Positions 21,607-30,653 of a stretch of DNA of 64,000 bases are shown piece after piece. Within the stretch, counting starts at the first letter, position 1; the number at the start of each line of letters is the position of its first letter. The DNA is from an uncultured Chloroflexia bacterium (GTDB taxonomy: Bacteria > Chloroflexota > Limnocylindria > Limnocylindrales > CSP1-4), in assembly GCA_963833225.1 (NCBI GenBank), contig CAWHXD010000019.1, positions 832,001 through 896,000 of the forward strand, written 5' to 3'. The position numbers and the translations under genes were made by a program. The notes under the pieces were generated by a model. The model had not been told where the DNA came from. It saw only the letters and a program-made list of their open reading frames with translations, and ran no database searches.

Positions 21607-22932
21607 TCAGGCGACCGGCAGCGCCACCACGAAGCGCGACCCGCCAAACCCGTTCCGGTCGATCCAGACCCGGCCGCCCATGGCCTCCATCAGCCGGCGC
21701 GCCGCAAACAGCCCGATCCCCGAGCCCCGCGACCGCGCCCGGTCCACGCGGACGTAGGGCTGGAACACGGCGTCCCAGTCCTCGAACGGGACACCCGGGC
21801 CGTCGTCGGTGATGTAGACCTGGATCTCGTTGTCGGTGCGCCAGACGCCGATCGAGATCGCCTGCTCCGGCGGCGCGTACTTGGCCTCGTTGTCGAGCAG
21901 GTGCTCGATGACCTGGCGGAAGCGGGCCTCGTCTCCGAGCGCCACCAGGGCGTATCCCGGTGGGAACCAGCGGACGGGGCGGGTCCGCAGCAGCAGCGCG
22001 AGCGTGCCGACGGTCTTGTCGATGTTGGCCACGATGTCGAACGGCTCGCGCCGCAGCCCGGTCAGCCCTTCGCCGCGGACCGATGCCAGGATGGAGTCCA
22101 CCAGCCGGTCCAGCCGCGTCACCTGGTCGACCGCGCCCGCTCGCCAGCTCTCGGCCACCTGCGCGGACGGGCCGGCCTCGTTCGCTCCCGCGGCGTCGGC
22201 GAGCAGGTCGACATACGCACGAACGACCGCGAGGGGCGTCCGCAGCTCGTGGGTGACGACCGCGAGCAGCTCCGCCCGGGCCGCGTCCAGCTGGGAGAGC
22301 CGGTCGAGCTGGGCCTCCGCCTCGGCCTGCATGCGGCCCTTCTCCACGATCCCGGCCAGGAGCGCCGCGATCGTCGCGAGGAACTCGATCTCCTCGGGCG
22401 CGAAGTCGCGCTCGGCGGTCGTCTGGACGTTGAGCACGCCCACCACCTGCTGGTCCCACACGAGTGGCATCGAGAGCATGGCGTGGAGGCCGGCGGTGTC
22501 GAAGCCGCGGACCCAGCTGAAGCGCTCGTCGCGGGTCACGTCGCGCGACATCACCGGCGCCCGGCTCTCGGCCGCGCGACCGGTGATGCCCTGGCCGACC
22601 GAGAGGCTGACCAGGCCGACCTGCTCGCGATCGAGGCCGTTGGTGGCGGCAAGCGTGAGCGTCTGCCCGTCGCGATCCAGCAGGTAGAACGAGCAGACCT
22701 CCATCGCCATGGCGGCTGTCGTTCGGTCGACGACGGTGCGCATCAGCTCGTCCCAGTCCCGGGCGTGCGTCGCAAGCTGCGCGAACTCGTACAGGAACGC
22801 CAGCCGGTCAACGAGACCGCTGGGCACCTGCGAAGGCTCGACGGCGCGCGGCTGGCGGCTCCGGCGCGGCGCCCGGGGGACGTCGGGCACCCGCCTCGGC
22901 GAAGGCCCCGGGCCGGGCTCGGGAACGTTCAC
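21607..22932 (-). CDS. GAF-domain sensor histidine kinase (cytoplasmic, orphan)
   Basis: GAF domain (CSFYLLD, GQGITG, VVGVLNVQ), H-box HELRTPL, and DDGPG / GSGIGL boxes. Confidence 0.9.
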   Translation of the reverse strand: MNVPEPGPGPSPRRVPDVPRAPRRSRQPRAVEPSQVPSGLVDRLAFLYEFAQLATHARDWDELMRTVVDRTTAAMAMEVCSFYLLDRDGQTLTLAATNGLDREQVGLVSLSVGQGITGRAAESRAPVMSRDVTRDERFSWVRGFDTAGLHAMLSMPLVWDQQVVGVLNVQTTAERDFAPEEIEFLATIAALLAGIVEKGRMQAEAEAQLDRLSQLDAARAELLAVVTHELRTPLAVVRAYVDLLADAAGANEAGPSAQVAESWRAGAVDQVTRLDRLVDSILASVRGEGLTGLRREPFDIVANIDKTVGTLALLLRTRPVRWFPPGYALVALGDEARFRQVIEHLLDNEAKYAPPEQAISIGVWRTDNEIQVYITDDGPGVPFEDWDAVFQPYVRVDRARSRGSGIGLFAARRLMEAMGGRVWIDRNGFGGSRFVVALPVA

Positions 22933-23014
22933 GCTCCGGAGCCTACGGCATCAGACGGCCCGGCGCCCACCGATTCCCGACGCCCCGATCCGCGTTTTAC
23001 CGGGGTCCGGAAGC

Positions 23015-24298
23015 TCAGCGGGGGACGGCGTCGCCCTCGGCCACCGTGGTCGGCAGGTCGGCGAGGAGCGGATCCGTCCAGGTCCATGCCGCCCCATGGT
23101 GCTTGCCCACGCTGCCGTGTCGTGCCGCCTCCACGCGGAGCGGCAGCCCGAAGATCTCGATGAAGCCGACCGCGGACGCGTGATCGAAGGCGTCGCCCTC
23201 GTCATAGGTGGCGAGGTTCTTGTCGTACAGCGACAGCGGCGAGCGACGGCCGACCACGACCGCCTGGCCGTGGTCAAGGCGAACCCGCACGTCACCCGAC
23301 ACGACCCGCTGCGAGCTCATGGCGTAGGTGCGCAGGTCGCGCGACAGGGCGCTGAACCACAGGCCGTCGTAGATGATCTGCGCCAGCTCGTCCGCGATCA
23401 GCCGGTTGAACCGGAGCTGCTCCTTGCTCAGCACCAGGCCCTCGAGGGCGTGGTGGGCGGCCTGCAGGATGACGGCTGCCGGCGCCTCGTAGATCTCGCG
23501 GCTCTTGATGCCCACCAGGCGGTCCTCGACGTGGTCGATCCGACCCACGCCGTGCGCGCCGCCCAGCTCGTGGAGCCGCTCGACCAGCTCCACGCTGGGG
23601 AGCCGCTCGTCGTTGATGGACACCGGGATGCCGCCCTCGAACCCGATCACGATCTCGACCGGGGCGGGGGCGTCGGACGGCTTGACGGTCCAGGCGTACG
23701 CGTCGTCCGGCGGCGTGACCCACGGATCCTCGAGGATGCCAGTCTCACAGGAGCGGCCCCAGAGGTTGACGTCGATGCTGTAGGGGGACGACTTGGTGAT
23801 CGGGATCTCGATGCCCCGCGCGTTGGCGTAGTCGATCGACTGGTCGCGGGTGAGCCCCATCCCGACGCGCATCGGCGCCACGACCTCCAGCCCCGGATCG
23901 AGCGCGTGGACGGCGATGTCGAACCGGACCTGGTCGTTGCCCTTGCCCGTGCAGCCGTGGGCGACGGCGTCGGCGCCTTCCTTCTGGGCAACCTCGACCA
24001 GCAGCTGGGCGAGCAGCGGCCGGGCGAGGGCGGTCGCCAGCGGGTAGGCACCCTGGTACACCGCGTTCGCCTGGAGCGCGCGCCAGACGTACTGGCTGAC
24101 GAAGGTCTCCCTGGCGTCGACGACGTAGGCCCTCGACGCTCCCGCCGACATTGCCCGGCGCTCGACGCCCTTGCGGATGGACCCGCCGCCGAGGTCGACG
24201 GTGAGCGTCACCACCTCGGCACCGTACTGCTCCTTGAGCCAGGCGACGGCAACGGAGGTATCGAGGCCGCCGGAGTAGGCAAGCACGACCTTGTTCAT
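23015..24298 (-). CDS. argG: Argininosuccinate synthase
   Basis: VLAYSGGLDTS, HGCTGKGNDQVRF and GIKSREIYE motifs. Confidence 0.97.
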   Translation of the reverse strand: MNKVVLAYSGGLDTSVAVAWLKEQYGAEVVTLTVDLGGGSIRKGVERRAMSAGASRAYVVDARETFVSQYVWRALQANAVYQGAYPLATALARPLLAQLLVEVAQKEGADAVAHGCTGKGNDQVRFDIAVHALDPGLEVVAPMRVGMGLTRDQSIDYANARGIEIPITKSSPYSIDVNLWGRSCETGILEDPWVTPPDDAYAWTVKPSDAPAPVEIVIGFEGGIPVSINDERLPSVELVERLHELGGAHGVGRIDHVEDRLVGIKSREIYEAPAAVILQAAHHALEGLVLSKEQLRFNRLIADELAQIIYDGLWFSALSRDLRTYAMSSQRVVSGDVRVRLDHGQAVVVGRRSPLSLYDKNLATYDEGDAFDHASAVGFIEIFGLPLRVEAARHGSVGKHHGAAWTWTDPLLADLPTTVAEGDAVPR

Positions 24299-24795
24299 CG
24301 GGTCAGGGCCTCCGTGGGGCTGGGCACCTCGACAGGTGCGTTCAGGACATCGAACCTGGCGAGCCAGCCCGTCAACGTGGGCTCGTCGGGGAACAGGACG
24401 ATGAGCGTGTTGTCGCCGGCGACGGTGCCCACGAAGCCGTCGAGGGTGGACTCCTCGATGGCCTGGGCGATCACGTTGGCGGTGCCAGGCTGGCCGTTGA
24501 GCACGAGGATCAGCCCGCTCCGGCCGACCGTGACCGGGATGTCGGCGAGGATCCGGCGCAGCCGCTCGTCCGACGGCGGCTGCCGCGTGCCAATGGCCTC
24601 GGGCACGACATAGACGGAGTGGTCGCCGCGCATCACCTTGGCCAGGCCGAGCTCCGCGATGTCGCGGGACACCGTGGCCTGGGTGACCTCGAAGCCCAGC
24701 CCGGAGAGCTCGGTGACGAGCTCGCCCTGGCTGGCCACGGGGTGGCCGGCGACGAGGCGGCGGATGGCCGCGTGACGGGCCCGCTTCACGACCAT
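24295..24795 (-). CDS. argR: Arginine repressor
   Basis: SQGELV, VTQATVSRDI and GTVAGDNT motifs. Confidence 0.93.
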   Translation of the reverse strand: MVVKRARHAAIRRLVAGHPVASQGELVTELSGLGFEVTQATVSRDIAELGLAKVMRGDHSVYVVPEAIGTRQPPSDERLRRILADIPVTVGRSGLILVLNGQPGTANVIAQAIEESTLDGFVGTVAGDNTLIVLFPDEPTLTGWLARFDVLNAPVEVPSPTEALTR

Positions 24796-25604
24796 CAAGC
24801 CGGCATTCCCGTCGGAGGCGCGGTCGCGGTCCCCACGTGGGCGTGGGCGCTGACGCGGGTCCCGAACGTCGGGTCGTCGAGCGCGCGGACCAGGGCCCCG
24901 GGCGTGGAACCGTCGGCGATGATCGCCTCCGACCCCTGCCAGGCGAGGGCCGCCAGCGCCGCCCGGACCTTGGGTACCATGCCGCCCCGGATCGTGCCGT
25001 CCGCGATGAGCGCCTCGGCCTCCTCGGGCGTGATCGAGTCGAGCCGGTTGCCGGCCGCGTCGCGGATCCCGTCCACGTCGGTCATCAGGACCAGCTGCCG
25101 TGCGCCGAGGCCGGCCGCCAGCCCGGCGGCAGCGTCGTCGGCGTTGACGTTGCAGACGATCCCATCCTCGTCGCGCGCGAGTGGGGCGACCACCGGGACC
25201 TGGCCACCGACCAGCAGCGAGTCCAGGAGGTCGCGACGGACCCCGGTGACGGTGGCGACCAGCCCCACGTCGGGGAGGCGGCGGCCGATGAGCAGCCCGC
25301 CATCGACGCCCGACAGCCCCACGGCATCGCAGCCGGCGTCGCGGAGGGCCGCCACGAGCTCGCTGTTGACCACGCCGCGCAGGACCGCTGCGGCGACCTC
25401 GAGCGCCTCGGGGTCGGTCACGCGCAGGCCGTTCTCGAAGCGGGTCTGGACACCCAGCCGCTCCAGCCACTCGGTCATCCGCTTGCCGCCGCCGTGGACC
25501 ACCACGATCGGCCGCCGGCGGGCGACCTGCGCGATCTCCACCAGCATCTGCCGCTGGTCGGCCAGCGTCGTGCCGCCGAGCTTGACGACGACGATCTCGC
25601 TCAC
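24795..25604 (-). CDS. argB: Acetylglutamate kinase
   Basis: VVKLGG, VVHGGG, GLRVTD, NVNAD and GGMVPKV motifs. Confidence 0.95.
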   Translation of the reverse strand: MSEIVVVKLGGTTLADQRQMLVEIAQVARRRPIVVVHGGGKRMTEWLERLGVQTRFENGLRVTDPEALEVAAAVLRGVVNSELVAALRDAGCDAVGLSGVDGGLLIGRRLPDVGLVATVTGVRRDLLDSLLVGGQVPVVAPLARDEDGIVCNVNADDAAAGLAAGLGARQLVLMTDVDGIRDAAGNRLDSITPEEAEALIADGTIRGGMVPKVRAALAALAWQGSEAIIADGSTPGALVRALDDPTFGTRVSAHAHVGTATAPPTGMPA

Positions 25605-26992
25605 GTCGTGTACTCCGAGTTCTCTGTCACGTAGCCCTCCGTGAGCGGGCAGCCGAAGGCCTCGCCGGTCCCGGCGCCCAGCCCGAGGTCGAGGCGGACG
25701 AGGAGGTCGTCGGTGTCCATCGCGATCCGGGCGGCCGCCTTGTCGATTCCCACCGGACCGCCCGAGGGGCCGTCATAGGCGAGGTGGCCGGCGATGGCGA
25801 TGCGCATCCGGTCGGGGTCGATGGCCGCCGGCCGGCCGGCACGCGCTGCGGCCTCGTCTGCCGGCATGCCGGCCGCCTCGAGCACCGCGGCCTCCGCGGC
25901 GCAGGCGTTGCCCGCCGCACCGGCGATGCGCCCCCAGTTCGCGTCCCGGCCATGGATCGCGGCCTTGACCAGCGCCGAGCTGATCACCGCGCGCGCCACC
26001 GCGCGGGCGTCCGCGTCGTCGGCCGCGCCGGAGACCTGGCACGTGACCAGCGACGAGGCCCCCTCGCCGTCCTGGGCCTGCTGGCGGGCGAGGTCGCGAG
26101 CGACGGCCTCCAGCGCGGAGGCCAGCGCGGCCCGGGCCACCGGATCGTCGTCGGCGGAGGCCGCGCCCGCGACGCCCGACGCCAGCAGGAACACCGTGTC
26201 GTTGGTGCTCGTGTCGCCATCCACCGAGAGCTGGTCCCAGGTGGTCGCCGCCGCATGCCGCAGCAGGTCGCGGAGCATCGAGGGCGAGGCCGTGGCGTCG
26301 GTGAGGACCACCGACAGCATCGTGGCCATCCGCGGGTGGATCATCCCCACGCCCTTGCTGATGCCGGTCACGGTGACCGGAACCGTCCCGCCGCCGGCCG
26401 CCGGCGCATCGATCGTCACCGTCGCCATCTTGGCCACGGAGTCGGTCGTGCACAGGGACACGGCCGCGCTCGCCAGCGCCTCGTCGGTCGCGGCGAGCCC
26501 GCCGGCGTCGACCCCGCCACCGCCCACCCGCGCGACCTCGGCCGTGACCGTGTCCAGCGGCAGCCGGACGCCGATCACGCCGGTCGAGAGGTGCAGGACC
26601 TGCGTCGGGTCGCAGCCCAGCGCCGCTCCCACCGCCGCGCCGATGGCCGCCTGGTCCGCGTCGCCGCCGGGACCCGTGGCCGCATTCGCGCTGCCCGAGG
26701 TCGCCACGATCGCCCGCGCGTAGCCGCAGGCAGCCTCCGTCCCACCCGTCGCCTGGAGGTTGGCCAGCGAGAGCCGCACCGGCGCCGCCGCGAGCCGGTT
26801 GGGCGTGAATACCGCGGCCGCGGGCACCGCACCGGCGACCGTCGCCACCAGCGCGAAGTCCTGGCGCCCCGAGGCCTTGATCCCCGCCTTGGTACCGGCC
26901 GCCGTGAAGCCGGCCGGGATCCGCGCCGCGCGCGCCACCGCTGGCCGATCGGCCGGGAGCGGGGCGAGAAGCGGATCGGTGGCAGGGGTCAC
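25601..26992 (-). CDS. argJ: Ornithine acetyltransferase
   Basis: SGSANAATG, KGVGMIHPRMATML, DGDTSTNDT, DGEGA and NWGRI motifs. Confidence 0.93.
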   Translation of the reverse strand: MTPATDPLLAPLPADRPAVARAARIPAGFTAAGTKAGIKASGRQDFALVATVAGAVPAAAVFTPNRLAAAPVRLSLANLQATGGTEAACGYARAIVATSGSANAATGPGGDADQAAIGAAVGAALGCDPTQVLHLSTGVIGVRLPLDTVTAEVARVGGGGVDAGGLAATDEALASAAVSLCTTDSVAKMATVTIDAPAAGGGTVPVTVTGISKGVGMIHPRMATMLSVVLTDATASPSMLRDLLRHAAATTWDQLSVDGDTSTNDTVFLLASGVAGAASADDDPVARAALASALEAVARDLARQQAQDGEGASSLVTCQVSGAADDADARAVARAVISSALVKAAIHGRDANWGRIAGAAGNACAAEAAVLEAAGMPADEAAARAGRPAAIDPDRMRIAIAGHLAYDGPSGGPVGIDKAAARIAMDTDDLLVRLDLGLGAGTGEAFGCPLTEGYVTENSEYTT

Positions 26993-27024
26993 GGACGAGC
27001 CTTTCGTGGCGAGTGGGGGCCGCG

Positions 27025-28179
27025 CTACGGCGCGAGCGGCAGCTGGAGCAGGCCGGTGGGCTCGGGCAGCCCGTGGACCACGTTGAACGCCTGGATCGCC
27101 TGCCCCGCGGCGCCCTTCACCAGGTTGTCGAGGACGCCGATCGCGAGCACCCGACCCGTGCGCTCGTCGAGCCGGCACCAGACCCGGAACTCGTTGGATC
27201 CGTACACGTGCTTGGTGGTCGGCGCGTGGTTCACCACGCCCACGAACGCCTCGCCCGCGTACGCCTCCGCGTAGAGGGTGTCGAGCTCCGCCTGGATCAC
27301 CGGCCGGGTCGTCCTGACGTGGCAGGCGGACAGGATGCCGCGGGTCATCGGGACCAGGTGCGGCAGGAAGTCGATGCCCGTCGCGCCCGGGTTGGCGTCC
27401 GGGGTGGGGGACTGGCCGCGCAGCTCCTGCTCGATCTCGCCGATGTGGCGGTGGGTGAACATCGCGTACGCCTTGACGCTCTCGTTGACCTCGCCGAAGT
27501 GGAGGTCCGCCTTGGGATCGCGCCCGGCGCCCGACACTCCGCTCTTGGCGTCGATCACCACGTCGGCGATCAGGCCCGCTCGCGCGAGCGGCGCCAGGGC
27601 CAGGATCGAGGTGGTGGCATAGCAGCCCGGGGAGCCGACGATCGCGCCCGGCTTCGTGCCCAGCGCCGCCAGCTCCGCGCGATGCAGCTCCGGCAGGCCG
27701 TAGACCGCGGTCGGGAGCAGCTCGGGACGGGGGTGGTCGAAGTGGTACCAGGTCGGGTAGTCCGCGGGGTCGCGGAACCGGAAGTCCGGCCCCAGGTCCA
27801 CCACCGTCTGGTTGCGATCGAGGAACTCGTCGATGCGGGCCGCGACGGCGCCGTGCGGGAGGGCGAGGAAGATCGCCTCGGCGTCCTCCGGCACCTTGTC
27901 GAACACGTGGAGGTCCCGGGTCGCCAGGTGCGGGTGGAACTGCGCGATGGGGTCTCCCTTGCGGTCCCGACCCACGAGGCCCGTGATCATCACGTGCGGG
28001 TGGAGCGCGAGCAGCCGGATCAGCTCCGCGCCCACATACCCCGTTGCCCCCACGATCGCCACCCGGACGGGTTCCCCGCCGGCGAGCGCCCTGGCGCCTC
28101 GCTGCGTCGCGGTCATGGCCGGGTGGGGGGATGACGCACGGTCCGCCGCGATCGCCGAACCCGTCGAGTCCGCGCTCAC
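27025..28179 (-). CDS. argC: N-acetyl-gamma-glutamyl-phosphate reductase
   Basis: GATGYVG, PGCYAT, SGVSGAG, HRHIGEI and DNLVKGAAGQA motifs. Confidence 0.95.
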   Translation of the reverse strand: MSADSTGSAIAADRASSPHPAMTATQRGARALAGGEPVRVAIVGATGYVGAELIRLLALHPHVMITGLVGRDRKGDPIAQFHPHLATRDLHVFDKVPEDAEAIFLALPHGAVAARIDEFLDRNQTVVDLGPDFRFRDPADYPTWYHFDHPRPELLPTAVYGLPELHRAELAALGTKPGAIVGSPGCYATTSILALAPLARAGLIADVVIDAKSGVSGAGRDPKADLHFGEVNESVKAYAMFTHRHIGEIEQELRGQSPTPDANPGATGIDFLPHLVPMTRGILSACHVRTTRPVIQAELDTLYAEAYAGEAFVGVVNHAPTTKHVYGSNEFRVWCRLDERTGRVLAIGVLDNLVKGAAGQAIQAFNVVHGLPEPTGLLQLPLAP

Positions 28180-28244
28180 CGGCGCGCACAGCCGCTCACG
28201 GGCGGCAGGCTCGAGGACACGGAAACCGGGCGGATCGTCGTCAT
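28176..28244 (-). CDS. Putative leaderless leader peptide MTTIRPVSVSSSLPPVSGCARR
   Basis: ATG lies 6 nt after the TATAGT -10; ends CGC CGG TGA, with the TGA overlapping the argC GTG (GTGA). Confidence 0.45.
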   Translation of the reverse strand: MTTIRPVSVSSSLPPVSGCARR

Positions 28245-28281
28245 GGAATGACTATACACTTCGACTGCATACTCATGCAAG
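28243..28281. promoter_or_regulatory. Tandem ARG boxes overlapping the arg operon promoter
   Basis: ATGGAATGACTATACACT-TCG-ACTGCATACTCATGCAAG: two 18-bp boxes with a 3-bp spacer, overlapping TTGCAT-N18-TATAGT on the minus strand. Confidence 0.85.
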
Positions 28282-28549
28282 CCATTCCGCGACATGCAGC
28301 CCTCCGGGGGCCGGTTCTGCCCCCCAGTCACCGAATTCGCCGTCACGGCCCGCGTCCACCCATCCGCATTGCCTCCCAGGCAATGAGTCGCCCTGGACGG
28401 GATGCATACGCCTGTATTCGGCCGCTCAGGCGCCCTCCGCGGCGAATCCAGTGCCTGTCAGGCAACGCGCGACGGGCGGGCGAGCCCGCAGTCCGCCGGC
28501 AGGTCGACCCGACACGAACGCTCCGCCCGCGCTCCGCCGGGCTTGCCGG

Positions 28550-30583
28550 CTACGCGCCCCCGTACGCCTCCGCCAGGTTCGCCGCCTCGGCCTCGAACTG
28601 CTCGTGGTAGAGGCGCGCGTACAGCCCGTCGGCCGCCAGCAGCTCGCGGTGCGTGCCACCCTCCACGATCCGGCCACGCTCGAACACCAGGATCCGGTCC
28701 GCGCGCAGGATCGTGGACAGCCGATGGGCGATGGCGATCGTGGTCCGCCCCTCGGTGAGGCGGGCAAGGGCGGACTGGATGAGCCGTTCGCTGACGGTAT
28801 CCAGCGAGGAGGTCGCCTCGTCGAGGATGAGGATCCGGGGGTCCTTGAGCAGCACGCGGGCGATCGCGATCCGCTGCTTCTCGCCCCCCGACAGCTTGTA
28901 GCCCCGCTCGCCGACGATGGTGTCCAGGCCCTCGGGCAGCTCGGCGATCCGATCATGGATCGCGGCGGCCCGCGTGGCGGTCTCCAGCTCGTCATCGGTC
29001 GCGTCGGGACGGGCGAACAGCAGGTTCTCGCGGATGGACGCGTGGAACAGGTAGGTCTCCTGGGTCACGAACCCGATCAGCCCGCTCAGGGAGGTGAGCT
29101 TGATGTCACGCACGTCGATCCCGTCGATCGCCACCCGGCCGCCCGCGACGTCGTACAGCCGTGGGATCAGGTAGGTCGTGGTGGTCTTGCCGGCACCCGA
29201 TGGCCCAACCAGCGCGACGAGCTCGCCGGGTCGTGCCTCGAACGACACGTCCTCCAGCCCGAACGGCAGCGCCGGGGTCACGGGCAGGACGGCGCCCAGC
29301 TCGTCGTCGGGAGCCCCCGCTTCCTCGGTCTCGTCCTCGTCGATCTCGCCTGGCTCGTCCGCGTCAGCCTCCGCGGCCGCCGCCCGCTCGATCACCGGCT
29401 CGGCCGGGTAGCGGAAGGACACATCCTCGAATGCGACGGACCCGCGGACCTGCGACGGCTCCAGCGAGACGGCATCGGGGGAATCGGTGATCTCGGGGTG
29501 GAGGTCCAGGTACTCGAAGATCCGGTCGAACAGCGCGAGCGACCCCTGGATCTCCACCTGCACGTTGAGCAGCTGGCCCATGGGGAAGAACAGCCGGCTC
29601 TGGAGCGTCGTGAACGCCACGATGTCGCCGGCGGTGGGCGCCGAGGGATCGCCCGCCTGGGCCAGCATCCCCGCGAGCCAGTACACCAGCGCCGGGGTGA
29701 TCGAGAAGATCGTGCCGATGATGGCGAAGAACCAGCGGCCGACCAGGGCCTGCCGGATCTGGAGCCGGGCGAGCTCGCGGTTGAGGCCCCGGAAGCGCAG
29801 GACGGACCGCTCCTGCGCCCCGAACGTCTTGCCCAGCAGCATGCCCGATACGGACAGGGTCTCCTCGGTCACCGCGGTCAGGTCCGCGAGCCGCTTCTGG
29901 GTCTCGGTGCTGACCTGGCGCCGAACCTTGCCCACCCGGAACGTGAGGTACAGGAAGAACGGCAGCATGCCCAACGACAGCAGCGTCAGCCGCCAGTCGA
30001 TGAGGATCATAGCCACCATCGTCGACGCGGCGACCGCCACGTTGGAGGTGATCGAGCTCGCCGTGTCGGTGACGACGGACTGCACCCCGCCGACGTCGTT
30101 GGACAGCCGGCTCTGGATCTCGCCGGTGCGGGTGGACGTGAAGAACCGCAGCGACATTCGCTGGAGATGGGCGTAGAGCGCGTTGCGCAGGTCCTGCATC
30201 ACGCTCTGGCCGATCAGGTTGTTGAGGTACGACTGCCCCACGCCGATCAGCCCCGACAGGATCGGCGCCGCGATCATCAGCCCGACGTACAGGTTGAGGT
30301 TCCCGAACTGCCGGCCGACGATCACCTCGTCGGTCAGGAGCTTGAGCAGGTACGGGTTGAGGAGGCCGATGAGGCTGGTCGCGATGATCGCGACGAACAC
30401 GACGGCGACCTTGCCCCGGTACGGTCCGAAGAAGGCCATGATGCGCCGCGCCGTCTGACCCCGGCGCTCGGGCGGGACGTGGTCGAAGTCCCGCGACGGG
30501 GGCATCAGGCGTCCACCGCCACCACCGCCGCCCCCGCCGCCGGTTCTTGCGAGGGAGCGGACACCACCGCCACGGCCCGTCAT
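28550..30583 (-). CDS. ABC exporter, fused permease/ATPase
   Basis: TMD followed by GPSGAGKT, LSGGEKQRIAIAR, ILDEATSSLD and AHRLST. Start at 30583 or 30505. Confidence 0.93.
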   Translation of the reverse strand: MTGRGGGVRSLARTGGGGGGGGGGRLMPPSRDFDHVPPERRGQTARRIMAFFGPYRGKVAVVFVAIIATSLIGLLNPYLLKLLTDEVIVGRQFGNLNLYVGLMIAAPILSGLIGVGQSYLNNLIGQSVMQDLRNALYAHLQRMSLRFFTSTRTGEIQSRLSNDVGGVQSVVTDTASSITSNVAVAASTMVAMILIDWRLTLLSLGMLPFFLYLTFRVGKVRRQVSTETQKRLADLTAVTEETLSVSGMLLGKTFGAQERSVLRFRGLNRELARLQIRQALVGRWFFAIIGTIFSITPALVYWLAGMLAQAGDPSAPTAGDIVAFTTLQSRLFFPMGQLLNVQVEIQGSLALFDRIFEYLDLHPEITDSPDAVSLEPSQVRGSVAFEDVSFRYPAEPVIERAAAAEADADEPGEIDEDETEEAGAPDDELGAVLPVTPALPFGLEDVSFEARPGELVALVGPSGAGKTTTTYLIPRLYDVAGGRVAIDGIDVRDIKLTSLSGLIGFVTQETYLFHASIRENLLFARPDATDDELETATRAAAIHDRIAELPEGLDTIVGERGYKLSGGEKQRIAIARVLLKDPRILILDEATSSLDTVSERLIQSALARLTEGRTTIAIAHRLSTILRADRILVFERGRIVEGGTHRELLAADGLYARLYHEQFEAEAANLAEAYGGA

Positions 30584-30653
30584 GCGGGCGAGGCCGGGTC
30601 GGCCGGCGCGTCCGGGTCGGCCGCCTTGCCCGGCATGATCCCCGAGCCGGGAC

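Noticed and set aside
28401-28420. Third ARG box (TGCATAC...GTATTCG)
   Set aside because: The half-site spacing is 8 nt rather than 4.
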